Assembly (NCBI GenBank): GCA_030390025.1
Contig: CM059432.1
Coordinates: 27,220,001-27,284,000, forward strand
DNA: 64,000 nt
Reading direction: 5' to 3'
DNA from: Squalus acanthias
Lineage: Eukaryota
Shown here: in pieces, positions 13,462-27,307 of the stretch
Layout: every line of letters begins with the position of its first letter
How positions within the stretch are numbered: the stretch's first letter is position 1
Position numbers and translations under genes: made by a program
The notes under the pieces: generated by a model
The model's database searches: none
Told to the model about the DNA's origin: nothing
Seen by the model: the letters and a program-made list of their open reading frames with translations, nothing else

Positions 13462-15975
13462 TCTTACTCTTATACTCCAACCCCCTTGCAATAAAGGCCA
13501 ATATGCCATTTGCCTTCCTTATTGCTTGCTGTACCTGCATGCTAGCTTTAAGTGTTTCTTGCACGAGGACACCCAAATCGCTCTGAACACTAACATATAA
13601 AAGTTTTTCACCAATTAAAAAATATTCTGGTTTTCTATTCTTCCTACCAAAGTGAATACCTCATATTTCCCTACATTATACTCCATCTGCCACCTTACTG
13701 CCCACTCACTTAGTCGATCTATATCCCTTTGCAGACTCTTGTGTTCTCCTCACAGCTTACTGTCCCACCTAGCTTTGTATCATCAGCAAACTTGGATACA
13801 TTACACTCAGTCCCTTCATCTAGGTCATTAATATAAATTATAAATAGCTGAGGCCCCAACACTGATCCTTGCAGCACCCCATTAGTTACAGCCTGCCAAC
13901 CTGAAAATGATCCATTTATCCCTACTCTGTTTTCTGTCCGTTAACCAATCCTCTATTCATGCTACTATATTACCCCCAACCTATGAGCCCTAATCTTGTG
14001 TAATAACTTTTTATGTGGCACCTTATCGAATGCCTTTTGGAAATCCAAATATACTACATCCACTGGTTCCCCTTTATCTACCCTGCTAGTTACATCCTTA
14101 AAAAACTCGAATAAATTTGTCAAACACGATTTCCCTTTCATAAAACCATGTTAGAAACATAGAAACATAGAATCTAGGAGCAGGAGTAGGCCATTCGGCC
14201 CGTCGAGCCTGCTCCACCATTCAATACGATCATGGCTGATCATCCAAATCCAGTACCCTGTCCCTGCTTTAATCCCCACAGTACACATATCCCACCCTAC
14301 CCCCGTAACCCCACGTATTTAATTCCCCCTAACATATCCCATCCTATCCCCATAACCCCACATATTTAATACCCCCCTAACACTGTTGACTCTGCTTAAT
14401 CATGTTATGATTTTATAAGTGACTTGATGCCATTTTCTTAACAATGGATTCCAGCATTCTCCTGATGACTGATGTCAGGCTAACTGGCCTGTAGTTCCTT
14501 GTTTTTTCTCTCCCTCTTTCTTGAATAGTAGTGTTACATTTGCGACCTTCCAATCCGCTGGCACCATTCCAGAATCTCGTGAATTTTGGAAGATCCAAAT
14601 CAATGCATCCACTATCTCTTCAGCCACCTCTTTTAGAACCCTAGGATGTAGGCCGTCAGGTCCTGGGGATTTGTTGGCTTTTAGTTCCAATAGTTTCTCT
14701 AGTACATTTTCTCTACTTATATTAATTACGTTAAGTTCCTCACCCTCATTAGACCCTTGGTTCCCCACCATTTTTGTTATGCTCTTTGTGTCTTCTACTG
14801 TGAAGACAGATACAAAATATTTGTTTAATATTTCTGCCATTTCCTTATTCCCCATAGTAATTTCTCCTGTCTCAGCCTCTAAGGGACCAACGTTTACTTT
14901 TGCTACTCTTTTCCTTTTTACATACTTGTAGAAACTCTTACAATTTGCTTTTATATTTCTTGCTAGTTTTCATTCATATTCTATTTTTTCCCTTTTTATT
15001 AATTTTTTGGTCAACCTTTGCTGGTTTCTGAAACTCTCCCAATCCTCAGGCTTACCATTATTCTTCGCAATATTATAAGCTTCTTCTTTCAGTCTAATGC
15101 TATCCTTAACTTCTTTAGTTAGCCACGATTGGATCACTTTTCCCGTGCAGGTTTTGTTTCTCAATGGAATGTATTTTTGTTGAGAATTATCAAATAATTC
15201 TTTAAATGCTAGCCACTGCTTATCTACCACCATACCTTTTAATCTATTTTTCCAATCTGCCTTAGCCAACTCACCCCTCATACCTATGTAATTGGCTTTA
15301 TTTAAGTTTAAGACACTAGTTTGGGATTTAAGCAAGTCACTCTCAAAATTAACATGTAATTCTATCATATTATGATCACTCTGCCCCAGAGCATCCTTTA
15401 CTATGAGATTGCTAATTAACCCTGTCTCATTACACAATACAAGATCTAAAATAGCCTGTTCCCTGGTTGGTTCCATGACACATTGTTTTAGGAAACTGTC
15501 CCAAATGCATTCCATGAACCCGTCCTCCAGACTACCTTTGCCAATTTGATTTGTCCAGTCCATATGAAGATTAAAGTCCCCCAAGATTATCGCATTACCT
15601 TTGTTGCAAGCTCCTACTATTTCTTGATTAATACTCTGTCCAACAGTATAGCTACTGTTAGGGGCCTATATCCTACTCCTACCAGTGTTTTCTGCCCCTT
15701 GTTATTCCTGATCTCCAAACACACTGATTCTATTTCCTGATCTTCCGAGCCGAGATCCTTTCTCACTACTGTCCTTATGTCATCCTTTCTTATCAGGGCT
15801 ACTCCCCTCCTTTTCCATTCTGCCTGTCTTTTCGAAATTTCAAGTACCCTGGAACATTTAGTTCCCAACCTTGGCCACCTTGCAACTATGTCTCTGTAAT
15901 GGCTATTAGATCAAACCCATTTATCTCTATTTGTGCCACTAGTTCGTCTATCTTGTTACGAATGCTTCATGCATT
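13462..15975 (-). mobile_element. CR1 LINE ORF2 (APE endonuclease, linker, RT), frameshifted
   Basis: ORFs 15617-15868, 14970-15584 (GDFN, LDLVL, SDHN), 14475-14855 and 13352-13576. Confidence 0.9.
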
Positions 15976-15977
15976 CA

Positions 15978-18105
15978 GAGTTCCACTGGACAGTGTCCTA
16001 GGCCCAACCATCTTCAGCTGCTTCATCAATGACTTTCCCACCATCATAAGGTCAGAAGTGGGGGTGTTCGCTGATGACTGCTCTTCTCGATCTTCCTTGC
16101 TGCAATGCTCCATCTCACCCTCAGTAAGCTCCCCGCTGGAGTGGAGCTAATCTACAGAACAAACAGGAAACTGTTCAACCTCCATCACCTCCAGTCCAGA
16201 TCCAAGGTCGTCCCATCCTCTGTCATCGAATTACAGTATGCAGACGACGCTTGCGTCTGCGCACACTCGGAGGTCGAACCATCGTCAACTCCTTCACCAA
16301 AGCATACGACAGCATAGGCCTTACACTAAACATCCGTAAGACAAAGGTCCTCCACCAACCTGCCCCAGCCACACAGTACTGCTCCCCGATTATCAAAATC
16401 CATGACGAGGCCTTGGACAACGTGGACCACTTTCCATACCTCGGGAGCCGATTGTCAACAAGGGCAGACGTCGATGACGAAGTCCAACACCGCCTTCAGT
16501 GTGCCAGTGCAGCCTTCAGTCGCCTGAGGAAAAGTATGTTTGAAGACCAAGACCTCAAACCCAGCACCAAGCTCATGGTCTACAGAGCAGTAGTGATACC
16601 CGCCCTCCTGAATCCTTCAGTGACATGGACCATGTACAGCAGGCACCTCAAAGCACTGGAAAGGTATCACCAATGCTGCCTCCACAAGATCCTGCAAATC
16701 CATTGGCAGGATAGGCGCACCAACGTCAGTGTTCTTGCTCAGGCCAACATCCCCAGCATCGAAGCTTTGACCACGCTCGATCAGCTCCGATGGATGGGCC
16801 ACATCGTCTGCATGCCCGATACGAGGCTCCCAAAGCAAGCGCTCTACTCAGAGCTCCAACACGGCAAAAGAGCCCCAGGTGGGCAGAGGAAACGCTTCAA
16901 GGATACCCTCAAAGCCTCCATGAAAATGTGCAACATCCCCACCGACACCTGGGAATCCCTGGCCCAAGACCGCACAAAGTGGAGGAGAAGCATCCGGGAA
17001 GGCACCGAACACCTCGAGTCTCTTCGCCGGGAGCAAGCGGAAGCCAAGCGCAAACAGTGGAAGGAGCGCATGTCAACCCAAGAACCCCACCCACCCACCC
17101 CTTCAACCACCGTCTGCCCCACCTGTGACAGAGACTGTAGGTCCCGCATTGGACTCATCAGTCACCTGAGAACTCATTTTTAGTGATGAAGTCATCCCTA
17201 GTTCCGAGGGACTGCCGAAGAAGAGAAGAGAAGTATTCCGTGCCATTCGCAATTTCTCAATAATAAAGCAGTCCATGCCCGCATGCAGCAAGACCTGAAT
17301 GACATTCAGGCTTGGGCTGATAAGTGGCAGGTAACATTCACGCCACACTAGTGCCAGGCAATGACTATCTCCAACAAGCGAGCGTCTAACCACCACCCCT
17401 TGACATTCAACGACATTACCATTGCTGATTCCCCCAACATCAATATCCTGGGGGTCACCATTGACCAGAAACTTAACTGGACCAGCCACATAAAGAGCAG
17501 GTCAGAGGCTGGGTATTCTGCAGGGTGTGTCTCTCCTCCTGACTCCCCAGAGCCTTTCCACCATCTACAAGGCACAAGTCAGGAGTGTGATGGAATACTC
17601 TCCACTTGCCTGGATGAGTGTAGCTCCAACAACACTCAAGAAACTCGACACCATCCAAGACCAAGCAGCCCGCTTGATTGGCACCCCATCCACCACCTTA
17701 AACATTCACTCCCTCCACCAACGGCGTACCGTGGCTGCAGTGTGTACCCTCTACAAAATGCACTGCAGCAACTTGATGAGGCTTCATCGGCAGCACCTCC
17801 CAAACCCGCGACCTCTACCACCTAGAAGGACAAGGGCAGCAGGTGCAAGGGAACACCACCACCTCCACGTTCCCCTCCAAGTCACACACCATCCTGACAT
17901 GGAACTATATCGCTGTTCCTTCATAGCCACTGGGTCAAAATCCTGGAACTACCTCCCTAGCAGCACTGTGGGAGTACTTTTACCACATGGACTGCAGCTG
18001 TTCAAGAAGGTGGCTCACCACCTCCTTCTCAAGGGCAATTAGTGATGGACAGTAAATGTTGGCCTTGCCAGCAATGCCCACATCCCATGAACAAATTTAA
18101 AAAAA
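15978..18105 (+). mobile_element. CR1/Jockey-group LINE (second family), 3' portion, split by the RTE insertion
   Basis: SVLGPTIFSCFIND...FADDC before the RTE; ILGVTIDQKLNW and TIYKAQVRSVMEYSPLAW after it. Same family as 61664-62970; its 3' tail recurs at ~1200, 5000, 6700, 7330 and 7530. Confidence 0.8.
16080..17233 (+). mobile_element. 5'-truncated RTE-clade LINE
   Basis: LQYADD motif; ORF 16251-17183 with VDHFPYLGS and RLPKQALYSEL; C-terminal C2H2 finger CPTCDRDC...LISHLRTH; AAG-rich tail. Confidence 0.9.
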
Positions 18106-19666
18106 TGTAGTAAGCAACAGCTTCTGAGCTTGGAAATTGAACAGCTGTGAGATGGAAGCTTTTCTAGCACATTAGCAGTTGTCAAGTAAAAAGATGATTT
18201 CATGGTAACACAACTCCTGATCCCTGAGCAGCGGGGCCTCCGTGAGCGACCTCATAAAATTTAAAGGTGAGCTCAAAATACTTTTTAAGTGGCTCTTAAC
18301 AAGGTCATGATGACCTAAATTGCTTCCCCTGCTGCTGCGTGTCGATCTGTTCCGCATTAACAGACCCGACATCTGGGAAAGTCACATGGTGGCAGGTTGA
18401 CAGCGAATTCCCGACCCACTGTGGGGGGAAAAAAAAATGATCCCGCCAGCAAACGCACCCGCTGACCCCCGAAAAATTCCCCCCAACGTTTCAGGTCGAT
18501 GACCTTTCCTCAGAACTCAGTTATCACGTAACTGAGCATGTCAGAGACCCGTTCTTTAGTGCATTGTCACCATGCATCTCCTCATGTTAGTTGCCTCATG
18601 CACAACATATCACATTTTCACACACACTATCATACCACATTTGATATCAGATACAAGCCATTCCTGGGCTTTTAAGTTATCTTATCAAAAGCATGGAGGT
18701 CTTTTCTCCTCTCTCACTGCATGGTTCCAATGTCTATGGTAGTGGCCAGGCTATCAAATACATTTTTCTCATTGTTCAATATAGGCAAAGACACAAACAT
18801 CTCCAAGAGAAACCTAGCAATCATTGATTTTCACCTACACTTTCCTGACCTTCAGTCGAATGTACATTGATACTGAATTTAAATCTTTTCAGGTATCATG
18901 CCCAGGTGATATATGCTACTCAGAGATGCACTCACATATCTTTTCCTAACCTCTGTTCGAGTTCCTGAAATTCACCAATAATCACCTTGAAAAATTATTT
19001 TTGAAAAATTACCATTTGGTGGTTTAATTTCCCCTTGTTCCTACCTTATATCCTCAATCCTCTGATCCAATTTTACACATCCCTTTATATTACCATTCCA
19101 TCTCATTCATAGGCCTGGAGAAACTTTACTATCCAATAAAATAAGATCATTAGCATTTAACAAATTTCCCAAATCAATCCAATTTATCAACACATTTTGT
19201 TCATTCCACTTAAATTCTTATTGAACCTTTTATTTCTCAAAATATTGTGCCTGAGTTCATTCTATCATTTCAAAATTATCCCAATTCCAGAGAGCAATTC
19301 AGTCTGCAAGATGAGGGCTGTTGGTTACCTTTAACACAACAGTCTCCCCCCAAAAACATTTTTCTTAATACACAGTTTGGACGGAACCACTTCGACGGGA
19401 ACTTTTCAAAAATAAAATTTGATTATCCCCTTAAACTTCAGATAAATTTCCCTTCCCAAGTGTTTGAACAGCAACTCATAGCAATTTATCTAACCAATTT
19501 TAATTTCACAAACAAATTATGCCCAGGCTTGGTAGTTTTACAAAGGAGGCAAAAGTACTTGCAATTACATTTGGATGTAAGTCTTCTCTCTTCCCCCTCA
19601 AGCAATGTGTCTTGGAAGATAACAAATGACTCTGAATAGGTTAAATCCAAGCATTGGAAAGGCAAA

Positions 19667-20492
19667 GGGCTGGATTTTCACTGACCCGTGGAGTCGGGTT
19701 TGGAGGCGTGTGGGGGGTTAAAGTTGCAGATTCCCGCCCCCAACCCGCCTCCATGCCAGTTTCGCTGGCGGCGGGTACCCGACCTGTGCTGGGACCCGAC
19801 TTCCCGAGGCGGGAAGGGATTAGTGACAATTAACTGCCTGTTAACAGGTAGTTAACAGGCAGTTTTTTGCCTAATCCCTATTTTAATCGCTGAAATGTGG
19901 GCTTCCCGACAGGTGCCAACCACGCCAAGTTATCGGGGCGGACCGTGGGTCTGCAGGGGTTGGAGGGGTCGATATGTCCGGTGGGCAGGTGAGTGATGGG
20001 TGCATGTGTGCAGAGGTAAGTGTGTAAGGTAAGTGCAAAGTGTGGGAAAAAGTTTTACTTACCTTAACTTCCTCCTGCAGGTGTCAGCCCTTCAGTTCTC
20101 GGGAGTCTGAAATCTCACCGGCACAGAAAGCAGAAAAGCCGTGTTGCTGTCAAAAACTGCAGCCTTCTGTTTTCTGTGCTGGAATGATTTCTAACTCAGC
20201 CTGAGAGGAAGGACTCAAGTTGGAAATCATATTGTCAGTGTTTGACAGCTTCACAGAGCTGTCAAACGCTGATATTTCATCTGTCAAAAGCTCTTGACAG
20301 ATGAAATGTCAATCTGTGACATCACCTGTTGCCGGGTGGCCCTTAATTGGCCTGCTGAGCCCACTGGGCGGGCTCAACAAGGTCAATCAAGGGAAAATAC
20401 AGTGGGTTGGCCACAAGTCGATGGAGGCGGGACTACAACCCAAAAAGTGGGATTCAAGACACCAACCCGACCCCAGTATCAAAATCCAGCCC
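19667..20492. mobile_element. Non-autonomous Harbinger-type transposon (MITE)
   Basis: Perfect TIR GGGCTGGATTTT / AAAATCCAGCCC with AAA TSD. Confidence 0.85.
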
Positions 20493-20894
20493 AAAGTCTT
20501 AAATCACCACGCTGCAACATTCAAGATCCATCGATGTCTGCAGATAAGAACTTATATTCTGAACATTACTGGAGCTCCCGATGCACTTTTCCAGCAAAGG
20601 CTGCTCTGTGACCTTGAAGTCATTTTTATGTTAAAGAAGCACTCTTGGTAATCTTGCACCATCAACACTCATATGGCCCTCTGCTTAAAAAGAAAAAAAC
20701 AGAAAATTTATTGTGGCTTTTCTTGCGAGCCAAATTGGTTAATTAGTCAATTCCTGACTCCCTTCTGTCGGTGTGAGGAAACATCCATTCAAATTAAGAG
20801 ACTTAAAATTTAACAATGCCCAAAATGTTTACCTTCAGCAATGCAAAAGTTGTTGCTTAGTGAATTAAAAACAGAGTTCACCTGATCGTAGATA

Positions 20895-22025
20895 CTGGGA
20901 TTGGGGGTAATATACTAGCATGGATTGAGGATTGGTTAACGGACAGAAAACAGAGAGTAGGAATAAACGGGTCATTTTCAGGTTGGCAGGCTGTAACTAG
21001 TGGGGTACTGCAAGGATCAGTGCTTGGGCCTCAGCTTTTCACAATCTACATCAAGGATTTGAATGAGGGGACCAAATGTAATATATCCAAGTTTGCTGAT
21101 GATACAAAGCTGGGTGGGAATGTAAGTTGTGAGGAGGATGCAAGGAGGCTTCAAGGGGATATAGACAGGCTAAGTGAGTGGGCAAGAACATGGCACATGG
21201 AATATAATGTAGAGAAATGTGAAGTTATCCACTTTGGTAGGAAAAATAGAAAAGCAGAGTATTTTTTAAATGGTGAGGGATTGGGAAATGTTGGTGTTTA
21301 GCGGGACCTGGGTGTCCTTGTACAAGAATCACTGAACGTTAACATGCAGGTACAGCAAGGAATTAGGAAAGCAAATGGTATGTTGGCCTTTATTATGAGA
21401 GGATTTGAGTGTAAGAGTAAAGACGTCTTACTGCAATTATATAGGGCCCTGGTGAGACCACACCTGGAGTATTGTGTACAGTTTTGGTCTCCTTACCTAA
21501 GGAAGGATATACTTGCCATAGAGGGAGTGCAACAAAGGTTCACCAGACTGGTTCCTGGGATGGGGGCATTGTCCTATGAGGAGAGATTGAGTAGACTAGG
21601 CCAATATTCTGTAGATTTCAGAAGAATGAGAGGTGATCTCATTGAAACATACAAAATTCTTACAGGGCTTGACAGGGTAGATGCAGGGAGGATGTTTCCC
21701 CTGACTGGGGAGTCTAGAACCAGGGGTCACAGTCTCAGAATAAGGGGTCGACCATTTAGGACTGAGATGAGGTGAAATTTCTTCACTCAGAGGGTGGTGA
21801 ATCTTTGGAATTCTCTACCCCAGAGGGCTGTGGAGGCTCAGTCATTGAGTATATTCAAGATTGAGATCGATAGATTTTTGAATATTAAGGGAATCAAGGG
21901 ATATGGGGATAGTGCAGGAAAGTGGAGATTAGGTAGGAGATCAGCCGTGATCTTATTGAATGGCGGAGCAGGCTCGAAGGTCCAAATGGCCTACTCCTGC
22001 TCCTTTTCTTATGTTCTTATGTAAA
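20895..22025 (+). mobile_element. 5'-truncated CR1 LINE
   Basis: ORFs 21020-21301 (FADDTKL), 21344-21775 and 21794-22024; TTCTTATG tail. Confidence 0.9.
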
Positions 22026-22189
22026 AAGAAACCACACAGCTGCTTGTTACCTTTCCTTTTGCATTTCAAAAGAAGATAAACCCAGACATCATCAATCAAT
22101 GTCAGCCTGTGTCACACAGCTTCTTGCAACTTTCAGGTAAACTTAAAAAACTTTCACTAAATAAAAAAATCTTACTTTTGCAAGTCTTT

Positions 22190-22962
22190 GGGGTAAAAAT
22201 TGAGTCGCGCCCCATTTGGGGCGCTAACCTCGCCGGGGCGCGACTTTTAGCGCCCCGAAAAAATTAGCGGCCCCGCGCCGGAACTTCAGTGGTTGCGCCC
22301 CAAGAGGGAAGCGGGGCGCAACTGGAAGCACCCCGCATCCCTCTTGGGGCGCTGCGAGTGAATATCCTGGCGCTACGTGCCGCAGCGCCACGCGCTGCGG
22401 CACGTCGCGCCGCGGTATTGCAGGCCTTCCTCCCCTTCTTAAAGGGGAGGGGCCTTGCGCAGCGCGAACCGGGGCCCAGCTGGGCTCCCAGGGATCGGGA
22501 GTGCCGGCAAAAGAGCCCGGCACTCAAGAGAAGTGCCGGGCTCTTGGAGCGCAGCCGGCACTTCACGGTGGGGGGGCTTCACGGGGGCCGGGGACAGCAA
22601 CGGGGGCAGGTGCTGGCAGGCGGCCAGCAACAAAAATGGCCGCCTGCCACCTCCCCTTTAAATATCGCCGCCCCGGCCGCACGTACGCCCCCCTGAACCC
22701 GTCGGACATAGCGTCTGGCGGTAAATCAGGGGGCGCGACTGAAGATCACGGCCGGGGCGCGAGCGGGGCGCTGCGCACGGCGATGACATCATCGCCGGCG
22801 GCGCAGCGCCACAGGGCGCTACCGGCTGCCGCCGCCGCTAACCTCCCACTAAATTTTTCGGGAGGCGTGGGCGGCGCTGCGCCCGGGCGTTAGCTGCTTT
22901 ACGCCCCATTAGCGCCCATTTAAGGCGCTAACGGGAGGCGCAAGCAACTGAATTTTTCCCCC
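22190..22962. mobile_element. CpG-rich non-autonomous Harbinger (MITE)
   Basis: TIR GGGGTAAAAATTGAGT / ACTGAATTTTTCCCCC, TTT TSD; ends homologous to 24175-28853. Confidence 0.9.
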
Positions 22963-22989
22963 TTTGTGCCTTAAAATGTACAAAGATCC

Positions 22990-23860
22990 TAATCATAACG
23001 GCACAGAAGGAGGCCATTCAGCCCATCGAGTCCATGCTGGCTCTCTGTAGAGCAATCCAGTCAGTCCCATTCCTCTGCTCTATCCCTGTAGCCCTGCAAA
23101 TTTATTTCCCTCAAGTACCTATCCAGTCTCCCCTTGAAAACATTGAGTGTGTCCACTTCCACCACTTCCATTGACAGCGAGTTCCAGGTCCTCACCATTC
23201 GCTGTGTAAAAAAGTTTATCCTCACAACCCCCTGTATCTCTTGCCCAAAACTTTAAAGCTGTGTCCCCTAGTCCTTGTACCATCAACTAATGGGAACAGC
23301 CTTTCCCCATCTAGCTTATCCAAACCCATCATAATCTTGTACACCTCTATCAAATCACCCTTCAACCTCCTTTGCTCTAATGAAAACAAATCCAGCTTCT
23401 CCAACCTGTCCTTGTAGCTAAGATCCCCCATCCCCGGAACCATTCTGGTAAATCTCCTCTGCACCCTCTCAAGGGCCTTCACATCCTTCCTAAAGTGTGG
23501 TGACCAGAATTGGACGCAATACTCTAGTTGTGGTCTAACCAGCGCTTTATAAAGGTTCAGCATAACTTCGCTACTTTTGTACTCAATACCTCTATTTATG
23601 AAGCCCAAGATCACATATGCTACTCTATGTCCTGCCACCTTCAGGGACCTATGCACATTAACTCCCAGGTCCCTCTATCCCTGCACACTCTTTAAAACTG
23701 TGCCATTAAGTGTATAATGCCTCCCTGTTCCTTCTGCCAAAATTCATCACCTCACAATTCTCTATTAAATTCCATCTGCCCATTCTGCTAGCCTTTCTAT
23801 GTCCTGTTGCAGTTGACTGGTATCATCCTCACTGTTTGCCACACCCCCAAGTTTGATCAA
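22990..23860 (-). mobile_element. 5'-truncated CR1 LINE
   Basis: ORF 23222-23656 with LVRPQLEYCVQFWSP. Confidence 0.85.
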
Positions 23861-24878
23861 TTCAATTCAGAAATAATTTTCAGCTTCTCTTTTACTTCCA
23901 ATGTTCAAAACATGAGCCATGAAGGTGCAAAAATTTTACCAAATCTTTTATCCATCCCCAGCAATGAAAAATCAGTTAAAACAGCAGGGATCATTAGCCA
24001 CACCACTATCAATTTTAAACATTCTGTGAAACAATTCTGTAGTACGATCCAACTACAAGATGTCTTCAGATCGTTATCATACACACAGCAGTAGCGTTCC
24101 CCGCATTTTTTTCCCAGGTCATACATTCCAGTACCACCAAGATGATTAAACAATCAGAATCACTTGAAATCATGGGGGGAAAAATTCAGTCGCGCCCCAT
24201 TTGGGGCGCAAATATCGTCCGGGCGCAAAAATTAGCGCCTGGCGCTAATTATCGCCACTGACTGGAAACTTCACTTTTAACGCCCCGGGAGGTGATTGGA
24301 GCGCTAAATCAGGAGCTGCACACCTGTCTTAAGGCGCAAAGGCCGAGGAGTGAGGCGCTAACTCAGAGCGCGAGCGCAGCGCAGGTGCTGCCAGTTAGCG
24401 AGGGAACACAGACACACTGGCGCCGGCCAGTTCTTAAAGGGGGGGGGGCGATCTTGCTCCCCAGCCACACCCTGCTTATTGCAGCCTTGAATCTCGGCCT
24501 GGAGAGACCTGTGAATCCATTTTCCAGCCAAGGATGGAGAGGGTGAGAGAACGAGCTGAGCGCTTCACTGAGTGGGCCTTGGATGCTCTGGTTGGCGCGG
24601 TGGAGCGCCGAAGACCAATACTGTACCCAGAGAGTGGCAGGAGGCCTTTGCCGTGCGACTACAGAAGAGTGTGGAGGGAGGTGGCTCAGCGCGTCTCCTC
24701 CAGGAGCATGGTGCCCAGGACCCATGTCCAATGCCGGAAAAAGTTCAACGACCTCACTCGGGTCGTCAGGGTGAGTGGCTTTTTTGCAATACCTCTCCAT
24801 CCCTCCATCTCAACCTCACTCTATGGCCAGAGGGTCTTAAAACCACAATTAACAACACTCATCCAACACCTATGGCCC

Positions 24879-25365
24879 TTTCAGCAGTCAAGGGCATTCA
24901 GCCTCGGATCTGCGGGTTAGCGTTCTCCAAGGCGGCCTTCGTGATACACGACAACGCAAAATCATCGAGCAGAAACTGATAGCCAAGTTCCGCACTCATG
25001 AGGACGGCCTCAATCGGGATATCGGGTTCATGTCACGCTATAGAACGTGACTTGACATCGTTGCCGGTCTTTCCAGTTTTAAAAAAAAAACACAAGAAAC
25101 AAACACAAAAAATGGAGAGGATATGCAGCCAGCAGGTGTCCTGACGCGTTGGACCCCCTGGGACACATCTCATTGTCTTGGCTGTGCTCTTAGTGTGTCT
25201 TTGATGTAGGGAAAGATTTAATCTATGCATTTTCTCTGTTTTTATATTCTGTGAATTCTGATAGATTCTCTCACAGTAACTTTGCCTGACGAAGGGGCGA
25301 CAGCTCCGAAAGCTTGTAATTTTAAATAAATCTTTTGGACTATAACCTGGTGTTGTGCGACTTCT
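24879..25365 (+). mobile_element. Penelope-like element 3' fragment inside Myb intron 1
   Basis: My translation FSSQGHSASDLRVSVLQGGLRDTRQRKIIEQKLIAKFRTHEDGLNRDIGF resembles a GIY-YIG endonuclease C-terminus; followed by a pLTR with a hammerhead motif. Confidence 0.8.
25286..25316 (+). ncRNA. Minimal hammerhead ribozyme core (Penelope type)
   Basis: CTGACGA-A-GGGGC(GACA)GCTCC-GAAA-GCTT: conserved core boxes, stem II and palindromic AGCT stem III. Confidence 0.7.
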
Positions 25366-25402
25366 CCTTTCATGAAGCACACACACACATTCCACACTTT
25401 GC

Positions 25403-25564
25403 ATACAGTAAGGGCTATTCACCTATGGGAGGCACATCAGGCAAGACCATGGCTGTATACAGTAAGGGCTATTCACCTATGGGAGGCACATCAGGCAAGA
25501 CCATGGCTGTATACAGTAAGGGCTATTCACCTATGGGAGGCACATCAGGCAAGACCATGGCTGT
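25403..25564. repeat. 54-bp unit x3 tandem duplication in Myb intron 1
   Basis: ATACAGTAAGGGCTATTCACCTATGGGAGGCACATCAGGCAAGACCATGGCTGT repeated three times. Confidence 0.95.
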
Positions 25565-27177
25565 ATATTTACTCAGACGCCGTCCTTTTTCTTGCAGGCC
25601 AAGCTGGTGCATAATAGGAGACAGCAGCAACGGACGGGTGGAGGGCGGCCTCAGCTGCAACCCCTCAGCGATCTTGAGGAGCGCGTCCACAGGATTGTGG
25701 CAAGCCGGGTGATCGGTCCCGTCGCCACTGGAGACGCCGACCCCGTTCTGGACAGCAATGGTAAGGTCATCACCTCTTTGTCCTCTGTCCTTCCACTTGT
25801 CCCTCACAACACCAGCCTTTGACACTTTCAATCCAACTTACTAACTCGCTGCACTTATTCCTCCCTTACTGCCACCCTGTCCTCACGCTAAAGCCACTCT
25901 TGTACCTCCCTGCTTTCAGATGGTGATTCACCAGCTGAGGAGACGGGCCCTGAAGCTGCCAGTGGGAGTGAAGCTGCAGCCGAGGAGGAATAGGAAGCCG
26001 GAGCATCAGTGCCACCCTCTCCCGAGGAAGCCCATGCCGACACTGGGAACACGCCTTCCCTGGAGGGGAGCAGGGGGGAAGGGTCTGATGAGGGTGAAGC
26101 TCCAGGACCCAGCGGGCTGCAGCAACGCGATGGGGTTAGGGAAGCTCGGGGGCCTTCTCCCCGGAGGGAGAGTATGCCAGCGAGTCCTGCTGCACTGGAC
26201 GCAGAGGAGGAGAGGATGATCGCGGAAATGAACACCCAGGCGGTGGGCATGCACACTGAGCTCATGGCTGCAGTGGGTAGGGTGCCCGAATGCATTGAAG
26301 CACTGGCAAGGAGTGTGGAGCACTTCGCTGCAGCGCAGGCGGATGCGACACTGAAGCTCAGTGCTGCAATTCAATCTCAGACTGCTCTCATGCAGACTCA
26401 GATTGAGGTCACGCGAGCACTGTCTGCTGCCATCCTCGCTGGTTCGTTCACATTTCCCCGGGGCTCTCACCGCGCCGCAGCAGGCCAGCAATCTGTGCTC
26501 CAGCAGATTGCTCCGGATGCTGAGGTGCTGCCCCGTGGGAGTGCCAGTGTGCCGGTCGAGCAGGGAGTTGCTGTCCTCGCTCAAGATGACAGCATTCCTG
26601 CTGCCACCACTGTCACTTCTCCACTGCAGTTGCCACCGCCTGTAGGACAGACTGCTGCCGCCCATGCAGAGTTGGTGCAGTCTGCAGCCGGGCCCTCCAG
26701 GCCCAGAACTGGTCGAGGCCGTCCCTCAAGGGCATCTGCATTGTCAGGGCCTGACAGTCAGCAGCCTTCCACCAGCCTTACTGCAGCCACTGAGGTCCCA
26801 TTGCGGAGGAGCAGTAGGGTAAGAAGGGGGGAAGGGCGCACGGGAAGGAGTTCACCCTCGATGTAGGAGGTGTGACAAAATGCTGGTCATTTTTTTATTA
26901 AAGGCCGAGGTTCGTGGTCAAACTTTTGTCTAGTGTTTTGCACATGATCTCCAGGTTGTGAGAACCAGTTATGGTAATGACTGTTTTTTTGTGTTTATTT
27001 GTATGAGTTTGTCATGAAGAAATGACACACACAGAGTTTGTAAAATAAATAAATTTTGGTACTCAAAATATACATGTTTGGTGTTTGGAATCATTGGTGC
27101 CTTGGCCGGCTTAGGGGTTGCGTGTTGGGTTCATTCATGCTGTTCTCAATGGCAGAAGCCATTTCCACAGCAGGGGC

Positions 27178-27276
27178 CTAGAAGCGGCTTGCTATCAGCT
27201 GCTGACGGACGGCCCTTGCAGTTTCACCATTGTGGGCCGCCCTCACGCCTTGGTGCTGCTGCTGATCATCCTCCTC

Positions 27277-27307
<31 letters not shown>

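Larger units (their letters stand above)
24534..26866 (+). pseudogene. Harbinger Myb/SANT-like DNA-binding protein, 3 exons (24534-24770, 25598-25760, 25920-26866), one nonsense codon
   Basis: ERFTEWALDAL...WREVA...RTHVQCRKKFNDL; GT-AG sites at 24771, 25596, 25761 and 25918 keep frame; in-frame TAG at 25991-25993. Confidence 0.85.

Noticed and set aside
18540..19640. Possible ancient ORF1/gag-like coding remnant on the minus strand
   Set aside because: Only vague Cys/His patterns amid many stop codons; cannot be supported without a profile search.
22224..22893. Multiple overlapping ORFs in the GC-rich MITE
   Set aside because: Expected from stop-codon scarcity at high GC; no domain.
25335..25712. 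ORF with an 18-aa repeat
   Set aside because: Translation of the intronic 54-bp triplication.
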